A stretch of DNA of 59,861 bases, counting the filler, from Porpidia crustulata (taxonomy: Eukaryota): NCBI GenBank assembly GCA_964255105.1. It is 7 parts of 7 records of this genome, joined end to end, with 100 filler letters (N's around TTAATTAATTAA, not from the genome) between each part and the next. Parts side by side here need not be neighbours in the genome. Positions count along the whole stretch, not along the records: positions 34,279 to 42,743 come from CAXUWE010001112.1; positions 42,844 to 51,307 come from CAXUWE010001113.1; 5 more parts are not named here. The stretch is one strand, 5' to 3'. Made by a program: the position numbers and the translations under genes. The notes beneath the pieces are model-generated. The model saw nothing but the letters and a program-made list of their open reading frames with translations. It did not search any database and was not told the origin of the DNA. The first letter of the stretch is position 1; the number at the start of each line of letters is the position of its first letter. Positions 36,683 to 47,211 of this stretch are shown here, one piece after another.

Positions 36683-39600
36683 CTAGACACCGTCTTGCAC
36701 CCTCTCCCTAAATTCGACAATCTTTCTTTGTGCTAGTGCGGCAAATTTATGTTTGGAGCCGAGACCGTTGCCGCCAATCTTCTGCAGAGCGTCAACCACT
36801 TCCTCAGCCGTCTCCAACGCTTCTTGGAACCTTCCTTGCTTCTCCAGACACTCGGTCAGAAACCACAGCGCCGCAATGCGATCGGGATGGTCACCATCTT
36901 CGTCGGACATTTCACGATATTTCGCCTTGCTAATAAGTATGCGTAATATCTCCTCCGCCTCTTCGCATCGTCCTATTTGGTTGAAGAGTCGTGCACAAGA
37001 CACTTTTGCAGCCAGAACCCCAGTGTGCTCCTCGCCAAGATTGCGCTCAGCGACGGAAAGACCTTCTCTAATCATTCTCTCTGCCTCGCGGTGTTGTCCC
37101 AGGGCTGACTTCAATTGGGCTAGATAAAAACTCGCCAGTAACGTGTAAGGGTGCTCTTTACCCAGTATCTTCCTTCGTTGTTCTAGGACAAATTTGATCT
37201 TTTCGTGACTTTCCAAGAGTTGTTCTTCTGAAACTTCATCCGCTGGCTCGGCATAGTGTCGGAGATAACTCATTGCAAGATCTTCAAGACAAGTCAAAGT
37301 CTCTAAGTGCGTCTCAGATAGCCGTTTCTTCATGCCTTCCCAAGCTACCTGATGAAGCTCGGTAGCTTTGTCGTACTCCATATATCGATAGTGAAGGCGA
37401 GCCACATTGCGGATACTTTTGAGCGTCTTCTCGTGGTCTCCACCGTACAAACTACGCATTTTTCTAACATTATCACTGTGTATTGCTAAAGCCTCCGCCC
37501 ATCGGCCTTTCATAGCCAAGGCCGACCCAAGCAAGTCTGCAACGTCCAGAGTCAGGGGATGATCTTCGCCAAGCGATTCAACGCAAACTTGAAGAGCACG
37601 ACGTTGCAGCTTTGTGGCCTCAGCTACCCGAGTCATTTCCCAAAGTGTCCCCGAAACGAAAAGCGTGACCCTGATAGTGAGTGGGTGGTTTTCGCCAAGA
37701 ATCTGAGTGAGGAAAGTAAGGGTTTTATACTGGAGTTGTAAAGCTTCGTTAAAGAGTCCACATTCGGAATATACACGACTGAAGCGTGCTGATTCATCAG
37801 CTTGAAGTTTCCCGAACTTGTCGTTTGGCGCTGGCCAAAAGGGTTTGACAAGGGTCCTGTTTTCTTCCAGCCTCTTTTTAATGACTGCTTGGCACTCTCG
37901 GACGTGGATGATATGAGGGAGGAGCTCACGCCTCATATTCCTTTCGTTTTCTTTATCGCCAAGTGGCGGCCTGAGGATACTCTTTGCTAAAGTTGTCATG
38001 GCGACTTGGCACCAGAGTGATTGGCGCGAGATTCCTGTATCCGGTCGCTCTCTGACCCATTGGTGAACAAGTGGATGCATACTGTATCGACTCTCGACTC
38101 CATCTTGCCTCATGACGAGTGACCGTCTTATAAGAACAGCTAATGCCTCGCTAAGCCGAACGTGTACCTCGTCTTCAAACACATTTTGAGGAAGATTCTC
38201 TGGGTTCTTCAAGGCTGCAGGCAGCGGTGGTGGAGTATCTAGATAACTCTTCAGAACAAGTGCTAATTCTCGGAGCCATATAGTCCAAGACTTTGGTTTT
38301 GGCTTTAGCAGTTTTTTTTGCAGCGATGCGTCTTCTCTTGCCTCCGTTTGCCTTTGATCGGCTTCTTGAAAGGGGTTGATAGCCGCGCTTAACAGAAAGT
38401 CAAGACGAATATTCTGGAAATGAAGGTATGAGAAAACATGGAGCAGTTCAGCAGCATCCTGAAACCTTTCTTCTGAAGACGCCTCTAATGATTGGTGTAG
38501 AATCTCGTAACTCGAAAAAACATTCATATTGTCGCTGTCTTCTTTGAAGCTTGTTCTATTTTTGGAGGGACTTTTGCTCCGTCTGCGAAATCGTTCACGA
38601 CGAATCCGTTGTGTGTGGCGCTCGTAGTATGTCAAATAACCGCCCCAAGAACAAAGACCAAGCAGGATAGCCTTCGCGGCGTGAACCAAGGCCAGTGGTA
38701 AGTACCCTAATGCCTGACAGATAGTGCTCGCAGATTCCTTTACTGACATCGTCCACGGACTTGGTGCTTCAGCCGCTTTGAGGATGAGCTCATTAGCTTC
38801 CTCTTTTTCCATAATATGGAGCTCCAGGAACCGGTTGCCGACATTGCCGTAATTCTTGTGACTAGGGTTCCGCGAGGTGATCAATATGCAGCCTTTGGTA
38901 CCCGCAGGTAGTAAATCGTCCAGTGAAACTTCGTCGTCATCGACATTATCGAGAATTAAGAGCCATGAGAGGTCGCGGGTCATCAACCAATTCTTAGCCG
39001 CCCTTTCATTTGGTTCGACACCTCCGATCGTTGCAATCTCTGCATAGCTTCCGGATGCATTCTTTCGGGAGCTACCATCAACGAAGAAGACGCCCCAGAA
39101 CTTATCCTGATGCTCTTCGGCATATTTCAATGCCAACTCTGTCTTTCCGCACCCGCTCAGCCCATAGATGACAAATCTTTTTTGGCTGAAATTTGGCATA
39201 TCAAACGCGGCATTCAGCTTGGCCATTTGCTCTTGTCTCCCAGTGTAAAAACTCTTAACGGATCTCGCGACGATAAAATGCTTGTTCGCCGACGTTGGGA
39301 CATATATTGTTATTGCTTTCGCAGCAGCCAAAGCGCTTCGCAACTAATGGGATCATCAGCAAGGCATTCATCTTCCCCCAAACCAGAACATACGGCCGAT
39401 ACGGCGTGTGTCTCTGCAGCGTAAATCTTTGGGTCAACCAAGGCAATTTGATATTGGAGGGTCGATGCAAAAGAACGCGTCTCAGAAGACAAATTGCCAT
39501 TTTCATCTGTTTCATTCTTGTGTTGCAGCACATTGATAGCCGAGAACAAGGCCTTCAAGACTTCTGTCCGCAGTTTCAAAGCCTGACATGTCTCGTCATA

Positions 39601-39996
39601 CCATGATTGGTTCTCGAGCCTGGCCTCATCCATAAGATAGCCAACGGCATCTCTCTCGTGGGTGACATCGTTCAGGCTGGATCGAATGGCCTTAGCGAAC
39701 ACCGTGCACTCTTCTATTGTCGCAGCTATTCCATCGAGGACGGACTGTAGGTGGACGAGATCACTGGCCGACGCGGATCCCGGGTGAAATGAAGGGTTTC
39801 GCCGTTCCCTTATCACCAGCTTATTGAGTGAGGCATTGATGTCAACCAAATCTTTGATCTGTTCGAGCAGGTCTGTCGCTTCTTGCTCCGGGTTCGAGGC
39901 ATCGAGGCTTTCAAGGGATTGCTGGACGCCATCCAGGTCTTTTGATAAGCTGACTGTGCCCAGGCTCTTGACGCTGTTCGCAAAAGAGCCATACAT
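36683..39996 (-). CDS. fungal NLR/STAND protein: helical N-terminal domain + NB-ARC + TPR repeats, 2 exons (about 1085 aa)
   Basis: Walker A GLSGCGKT, Walker B WLLILDNVDD, ILITSR, LGYLPLAL, MHPLV. TPRs with LGENHPLT, LGEDHPLT, YGGDHEKT, LSETHLET, LGKEHPYT, LGEEHTGV. Intron 39344-39393 (or -39402) joins the two ORFs in frame. Confidence 0.9.
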
Positions 39997-40088
39997 CCCG
40001 AGCGCGAAAATAGTTGTCGCGTATTGCTGTACTTAGATGTATGGCCATCTAGACGAGGCTGTCACGGCTGTATGCATAAAACAATAGT

Positions 40089-40199
40089 TCGGTCAAACCC
40101 CTACTTCGGTCACGCCAGGTTGATTTCGAACATGAAAACTTAACCCTTGCCACAACGACCGAATTAGGGGTTTGACCGATTTAGGGGTGTACACGAGTA
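40089..40199. mobile_element. MITE-like / TIR remnant (Tc1-mariner/pogo type)
   Basis: 23-bp inverted repeat TCGGTCAAACCCCTA(C/A)TTCGGTC at 40089-40111 and 40157-40179 (1 mismatch). The right end continues with a direct repeat of GACCGA.TTAGGGGT and ends ACACGAG-TA. Confidence 0.7.
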
Positions 40200-40385
40200 A
40201 TAGTTCCTTGGCGTGCCGGTGGGTCAGGGGTAAGCAAGCTGGTCTAAAACGTTAACCGGCGCTTTGGCTGTTCTGCACCCATGATTCTGCCTGTCAAATT
40301 ATCCGATTTCAAGCCAAGTCTCATTCGGCTCCTTCTACTTGCTGCGTTCTGCAACGCCATACCCAGGTATTACGTCCCTCTCAGC

Positions 40386-42124
40386 ATGTCATATGTTTTT
40401 GACGATGCCTCGTCGCCTGGCCATCTTGAAACTAGTGAAACAATACGGGCGACGCCAACAATCACTCTTTGGGCTGTTGTCTTAGCGCTATTAGTTGTAT
40501 TCTGTACATACATCTACCTTCGAAAGAGGAGCCAAAGAAAAGTAAGCTGTCCCAAATGGATTGGTCTCCGAGGGTCTTGTCAGGGCGTTGGTTATGGGTC
40601 CCTTCACTGAACCCACGTTTCCTAGATCGAAGAAGCTCTCGCAGAACAGCACAATTGCAAGCCTGTCTTTCCAAGAGTACCGTATAAATGGCCGCTAGCT
40701 TTGGATTTGCTGAAACGCCAATACGATGCTCTTTTCAGTAGCCATACTTTCGAAAAAATGACCGAATATTTTGACATTGCAGGAACCGTCAGAATCGAAT
40801 TTTTTGGGGTGACAGGTTTCTTCACCACCGACCCTGAGAATGTCGAAGCCATCCTCTCCACACAATTCGAGGATTACGATCTGGGATCACGTCGCTTGGC
40901 GACCTCTCCCGTCCTTGGAGAAGGAATCTTTAGTCAAGACGGTCCAGCTTGGAAACAGTCCCGAGAGCTGATTCGCCGCCAATTTGCCCGCGTGCAGCAG
41001 CAGACACTCCAGGTCTTTGTCCCTCACGTCAAAGAACTAACCTCAACCCTAGAAGAGGCAGTGGCTACTGGTGAAACTGTGGATATGAAGCCGTTCTTCT
41101 TCGAATATACTTTAAGCACCACCACCAGCTCCTTTTTGGTGAACCTCACGATAGTCTTCCAAAAGAAGAGCGTGATGCAGTACGGGACAATTTCGATTAT
41201 GCTGCTCTAGGTATTGGCATCCGAGTCAGACTCGCCGACTTGGCGTGGCTGTACAATCCCGCAAAATTCAGGAGAGCTTGCAAGGGCGTAAGAGATTGGG
41301 CGACTTTTTTTGCAGGCAAAGCTATGAAATATAAGGATGACGTCGGCGAAGAGAATGCTTCAGAGAAGTATCCTTTTATCGTTGATTTGTGGAAAGAAAT
41401 GAGGGATGAGGAGCTCGTGCGAGATCAGTTGCTTCACATTCTCGTCGCTGGACGAGATTCAACGGCTTCTCTGCTGAGTTGGACGCTTTTCCATCTTGTA
41501 CGCAACCGAGATGTCTTGGAAAAACTGAAACAAGAAATTTCCATCCTTCCTGCCGACAGCGAAATCACGAGAGAACAGATCCAAAAACTGCCCTTCCTCC
41601 GATGTTGTCTGAATGAGACCTTGCGGCTGTACCCTACCTTACCTCTCAATATCCGCTTTGCCAATAAACCTACCATTGTGCCTCGTGGTGGTGGACCTGA
41701 TGGCCTATCACCCGTCTTGCTGCCGCAAGGCACTGGCATCGCATGGTCTGTATATCATCTGCATCGACTCGAATCCGTCTACGGACCCGACCCAAGGGTA
41801 TATCGGCCGCAGAGATGGGAAAGTGGCGAGCTGATCAGGAAAGCTCGTCCGGGGGCAGGATTTGTAGATTTCAACGGAGGGCCACGGACATGCCTGGGGA
41901 GTACGAACTTCCAGCCCTCATCCAGCGAGTCTTGTGGTTTTGCTGACGGCTCGGCAGAGAACTTCGCCTTGATGGAAGCGAGCTATGCAATCATCAGGAT
42001 CTTGCAAGCCTTCCCCAACGTTCGACTCCCACCCGGAATTCCCAACGAGCCTATCGGAAAAGAAGGGCAAATTTACACCATTGGTTTGGCGCCTGCGGAC
42101 GGAGTCTAGGTTTTGTTAACCTAG
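40386..42124 (+). pseudogene. CYP52-clan-like cytochrome P450, frameshifted (probable pseudogene)
   Basis: N-terminal TM helix; GEGIFSQDG..W; I-helix AGRDSTA; ETLRLYP; PQRW; heme motif FNGGPRTCLG. Introns 40542-40625 and 41901-41957. A 1-nt deletion near 41127 breaks the frame, and a TAG at 42107 lies five codons before a second TAG at 42122-42124. Confidence 0.85.
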
Positions 42125-42239
42125 CCGCTGATGCCAGGCTAAGTATATAGCGAGGGTTGTGCTGATTAAAGTGTTGAAGCTGAATGCGCTGAAGTTCTTT
42201 TTGGACATGTTTCTTCCGATCAGTGTAGATGACAGGCAA

Positions 42240-42510
42240 TGACGGAAAAATCCGACGGCAAATGTGAATCTTCCTCCCACATCGTCAAATTTACTACTGT
42301 ACTTTTCAAGACAGTTATATAAACATCATTTTGGTAATTAACAATGTTCAAGCGCTTATATAATTCGATGAATCTCTGAATCTTACCTTAGCATTAAGAA
42401 TATATCTTAATCTCGATGTCATTTTGTTGAACTGTTGTCTTCAAAAATGCAGTAATAAATCTGACGATTTGAGCGGGGAATTGACATTTGCAGTCGGGAT
42501 TTTTCTATCA
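42240..42510. mobile_element. degenerate MITE-like element, about 270 bp
   Basis: Imperfect inverted arms of about 75 bp (TGACGGAAAAATCCGACGGCAAATGTG...ATCGTCAAATTTACTACTG versus reverse complement TGATAGAAAAATCCCGACTGCAAATGTC...ATCGTCAGATTTATTACTG) around an AT-rich core. Confidence 0.7.
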
Positions 42511-42557
42511 CCCGCGTGAATGGGTAGTGAAGGCAAGAAGGGTAGGCGGAAATAGCC

Positions 42558-42662
42558 TACTCGTATATACCCCTCAAATCGTCAGACCCCCTCAAATCGC
42601 TAGCTAGGGTTAAAGTTATTTGCGAAATTCAGTTTAGGTTGGCCATTTGAGGGGCCTGACCA
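42558..42662. mobile_element. MITE-like / TIR remnant related to 40089-40199, opposite orientation
   Basis: TA-CTCGTATATACCCCTCAAATCGTCAGACCCCCTCAAATCG...AGGGTTAAAGTT..CGAAAT...ATTTGAGGGGCCTGAC aligns with the reverse complement of 40089-40199. Confidence 0.65.
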
Positions 42663-42690
42663 TGTATATTCCTCAAGCTGGTGATAAAGC

Positions 42691-42743
42691 TAACGTAGTC
42701 TACCCTCAAACGAGACACACCCTCAAACGAGACAGCGCCCACC
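42691..42743 (+). mobile_element. left TIR of a Fot1/pogo-like DNA transposon, cut by the contig end
   Basis: TA followed by ACGTAGTCT and two direct copies of ACCCTCAAACGAGACA, the layout typical of fungal Fot1/pogo TIRs; the assembly breaks immediately after. Confidence 0.7.
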
Positions 42744-42843
42744 NNNNNNNNNNNNNNNNNNNNNNNNNNNNNNNNNNNNNNNNNNNNTTAATTAATTAAN
42801 NNNNNNNNNNNNNNNNNNNNNNNNNNNNNNNNNNNNNNNNNNN
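42744..42843. other. artificial contig spacer
   Basis: N44-TTAATTAATTAA-N44. Confidence 0.98.
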
Positions 42844-43564
42844 GACTAATGATGGAGTTGGCTCTTTTAACTGCGGAGGGTGTGGTCAATTTGACTTTAT
42901 GCTACTGGCAGGTTTTGAGCTCAGATGTATCCACAACAATCTTATGATGTACATGTAATTTGAATGTATCTCGTGCAAGATCACATGGAAATGCTGTGTG
43001 GAATTCGACTGTTTGAAATGAACGGTGTGCTTTTACGGGAGTGTCTCGTCCGTGAGGGCTATGATACATGACAATAATTGGAAATTGCTCCTCGTTGGTT
43101 GACTAATCGAAATGAGCGATTGATAGCTGCCTACATATCTGCGTAACAAAATGAATCTTTCACACGAAGGATAATTGAGCGTTGAAAATACTCGAAATTT
43201 GGAAATTGACAACATCTGAAGACCGCTCGACGATTACCTGCCTCTCGGTGGTACCTTTGTACAATATTGAAGTCTGGTTTTTTCAACAGATCTGCCATAT
43301 ACATTAAATTGGGAGACAAGTATGAACGCCTTGTAAGGTGCTCATGCCACCATACTGTACGCATTTCAAACACCGTTATCGTCCTTACACATATTTTCAG
43401 GAAGTTGGGATAGCGATTCCTTCGTGCCTCATGGATCCCTTGTCCATAAGCCATTATCTTTGAATGTTTTGATTAATTCTTTCACCGGAACTTGACTGCT
43501 ACTCTTCTGGGAGCCTAGTTTTTGATGTTAATAGCAGCGAAAGGGGTATTTCTCTCAAGGCGTG

Positions 43565-45383
43565 TCATCCCACAGATTCCGCGTCAACGAGCTCCTCTAA
43601 TTGGCCTAGGAACGATTGAAGCCATGGCGTATCGCCTGAAAGATCCGCTGCTCTCTTGTCACTAGGTTTTGCAGGATCGAACTGATAGCTTTCAGGTTCC
43701 ACACTTGGGATTATGTCTTGTGACAAAGAACTGTCTTCCGCCTCATCATTGACGATCCAGTGTGTGTTGTTCAACATCGGGGCTTTAGATGAACTTAGGT
43801 TGATTCCTTGATCTTGAATTATTTTGCCTGAACCTTCATCGCATTCTTCATCCAAGTCGGTCTCTGAGCTTTCGTCCAACAATACAGGATTGACATAAGA
43901 TCCGTCTAAAATACTTCGAGGCTGCGAATCACGCACGTCATAACCGAAGCCCGCTTTAATACCTGCCAGGAATTCCTTGTCTTTACGCCACGTGCTGCCT
44001 CGGGCGGCGTGAAATCTCCAATCAGTGACGATGGTGTGAACTGCGTCGTCTTGGTAGATCCGAAGTATCCTTAAAGCTTTCAAAAGATTACCCACCGCTT
44101 ATCCGGAGCTCAATGACAAGGGCGTCTTGGCTTTTTCTATCTGTGTACGAGCTGCTGTTGAACATCTCGACGTACGGATCGTCTCTAAGAAGAATGGTTC
44201 TTTGTCATCTGTTATCTTCGTTGCAGCTAGAATCCGAGAAATTGCTACGCGACTTATGATAGCGCATTTGGGAATCTCCCCCCAAATTAAATATTCTCCG
44301 TGCCCCTGGTAGCCGTCAGGACTTTTAAGATGCAGACTCTTGACTGATTGGATCTTGGATCGAAGCACAAGTCCGATCTTGAACGTTTGCCTTGAGTCTT
44401 TCTGCTTTCTGCAAATCAATCACAAGAATAAAAGAGTCTAATGACGACTTAAAGCCATGATGGAGAGCACGGAGCAAGTTGCGAGTTACTGATATCATTG
44501 GTGTAGGGCCGCTAGGGACCGAACTGATATGTCTTAAGGCATTCTCGGTATAAAGAGAACTTCGGATACCAGGAGGAGGAGGAATAACAGTGGCAATTGG
44601 AAATGCCCCTGCTCGATATCCACTTGACGATTCATGTCCCTGGCTGTTGCTACTGATTGCCCGAAAAGCAATGTTTGGCAATCGGCTGGTTGTGCTTTCT
44701 AGTCCAGATATGGCGACCTTCTCAGACGAAGGGGGTGGAGTTTGTAACCTATTGTTTCCGCGGATGCCTTGCTCTGATGGAGGTTGATTACTGACGAACA
44801 AGCGTCGTCTGACGTGTGAATATGTCAAAGCATCTTCGTTGTCACTAGAGCCATAACCTGAAGGAGAATAGTATTTTTCTCTCTTTCTCTTAACTACTCG
44901 TGCCACATTCGCGTATCTTGATGTCTTCGTTCTACTCGGAATCGCTTCGCTACTTCGCTTCTGGACCTCAATGCCAAGCTCACGGCCTATCTCCTCCATA
45001 GCACTACGAGTTGCAGCCCAAGCTACTGAAGATACGGAGAACTCAGTATCATACCATTCAATCTCTCGCGTTCCGTTGGTCGGCTTATCATTTCGCAGGT
45101 GCCAATACTGTGTCCTCAGACCATTCTCAGGCGCATCACGCTTGCATTTCAATGTCGAACTCTCAGGCGTACGGAAAAAGGCGTTGAATATTAGCCATCT
45201 ATCCCTCCATGAAATTGTATACCACTCGGCTAAGAGACACAGGACTATCTTCTCTTCGACCGTCCAGCGATGGACGAGAGGTGTGTAATTATTTCTATCG
45301 TCGTTGTGTCTCAGAATACTCGAGCCTTGCTCTGCCTCTGATATCTCGATATGACTGAAATACATTGTCCCGTTCGATAACAT
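43565..45383 (-). pseudogene. disrupted gene: Myb-like N-terminus + DUF7587-like (putative ADP-ribosyltransferase fold) domain
   Basis: Three ORFs form one frame if the 7-bp duplication TTGGATC (44348-44361) is collapsed and the in-frame TAA (44099-44101) is read through. Motifs HRWTVEEKIVLCLL, IAFRA, PMISVT..LLRAL, GEYLIWGEIP. Start not resolved. Confidence 0.72.
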
Positions 45384-46861
45384 ATATGATTTGCTGAAAG
45401 AACGAATGTAAATAGCTCTGAGAATATTTGAGCGTCTGGTACGATTGGAAAAGGGAGTGTATCAAGACTCACGGGTGAGTGGAAGAGTACAATGCTAAGA
45501 AATAGTGAGCTCGATTCAAAGTCGCCTCGAGTTTGAATACCAGCAATTCCGATGCAATTACTCACGAAGTCCAGTTCTTCCTCGATCAGATACCTATCTC
45601 TTAATGCGTTTAGGAGTTCTGCAGACGTCTAAGAATGGCGTGGCCAAGCGAAAGCTGCTTCTTTACAGTTCACCTTTAGCCATTGCGCAGTAATGGACCT
45701 CTCAATCTTGAAACACTTCTACCGATCGGCTACGCGAGATTTTGTTGAGGGAAGGAGTCAAGCTGAGCGAGGCTTTTGCATCCGTAAAGAAACCAAATGG
45801 TTTGTAGTACGTTCATTCCAAGTATATTTAGGTAGCCAAGAAGTATTCTATCGAGGTGACAGGCAAGAAAGTTAGTCGGTCAAAGATCGAGATGCGTTGT
45901 AAAACGAGTCAACTTACTTTTGAACTCACTTATGTTTGGAGCCCGCTAGGGTATCTTCAGTTCATCACCTTGTCTGCGCGTCCTGGAATTCAACGATAAT
46001 CCAGAAAATACTAAGAGCTACACTAGTGACTGTAATAAGATTCTGCTTGCTCGGTCTCTCGTTGCGGATTCACAACATTGGTCACAATGTCTTCTTGAGG
46101 CGGAACAACGAAGGTACATGATTCGAAAAATTCCTGGAGAAACAGAACGCCAAGTATGAATTAATTCCAGGGAATAGCAAATCATGTTCCGCCTATTGAG
46201 GAGAATGGGATCGAAGTCTATGACACGCGACTTTGTATTCTTCTTGTCCCGTATGCAGAACATGAAGTCACAGGTCTTGTCTTGATTCGAAGGTAAGATC
46301 TGTGAAGGACGAGAGACTGCTTCACTTGGAGCTTCAAGTACTGGAATCATTGCAAGTTTCCGAGTTTCGTCAGAGATGTCATGCCATATGAATGCCACTT
46401 TGCCCATCAGCAAAGATCAAAGCTGGCAGATGAGAAAGGAAAAAAAAGATTTAGATTTAGCTTAATGATTGCTCATGCGCCTTAAGTTATGAACAATTCG
46501 CACAGGAACCAATCTCCTGCTGATGGATATTAAAGAAAAAGATATCTTGGTGGTATGCGAGCCCTCCCCCCCTGAATTCTTCCTACCTAGAGCTTCTGAT
46601 TTCAAATAAAGCATACATTCAATGATCATTGCTTTTTGGATTGGCGAGGACTAGAATAATCCGAGGAAAGCGTACGATCAATCAATTTCGAGCTCTACTG
46701 AGAATCTCGACCGTATATGGACACATTATCAATTTGCTTGTTCTCCGGCTACGCTTAGAAAAGCCGAGGCATGCGCTAAGAGCCTAGTCTGGAATCCCTA
46801 TCAAACAAGCTTTGTCCAGACTCCAGGCTCATTTCCTGGAGAACCAAAACCCTCATCCACC

Positions 46862-47211
46862 ATGGACAATGATAAGGCCAAGGAATACTTAGGATCGATG
46901 CTCGGGAAACGTCTACACCTACACACAACCGACACGCGGATGTTCGTGGGAGAATTTAGGTGTACCGATAATGTAAGCTTAGATAACTAGAGAGATCTCC
47001 AGCTCAAAGCAATTGACTCGGCAAGGAATGCAACATAATTATTTCGCAATCTTATGAGTATCGGCTACCATCATCCACTGCAATCAAAGTTTCTGCAGAA
47101 GAAGTCCAAGGAACCTCTTCAACCGCCATGGTGAAAGTGGATATGACCAGCCGTTTTCTGGGTTTGATCGTGGTACCAGGACAATATATAACAAAAATTG
47201 AGGCAGAATGA
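46862..47211 (+). CDS. MAK31: Sm-like (LSM) NatC auxiliary subunit Mak31/Naa38, 98 aa, 2 exons
   Basis: Missed by the ORF track. MDNDKAKEYLGSMLGKRLHLHTTDTRMFVGEFRCTDN, intron 46973-47025, then ECNIIISQSYEYR...RFLGLIVVPGQYITKIEAE (Sm1 and Sm2 motifs). Confidence 0.88.

Noticed and set aside
36683..40400. Amyloid signalling motif or hypervariable repeats in the NLR
   Set aside because: No G/N/Q-rich pseudo-repeat motif at the N-terminus, no adjacent HeLo or gasdermin-type gene, and the TPR units are highly diverged from each other.
34279..42743. Starship element
   Set aside because: Cargo-like content, but no captain tyrosine recombinase or boundary is visible on this short contig.
42844..43560. 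Short ORFs in AT-rich sequence (also 45900-46450 and 54600-56100)
   Set aside because: No motifs or codon bias; treated as intergenic or degenerate.
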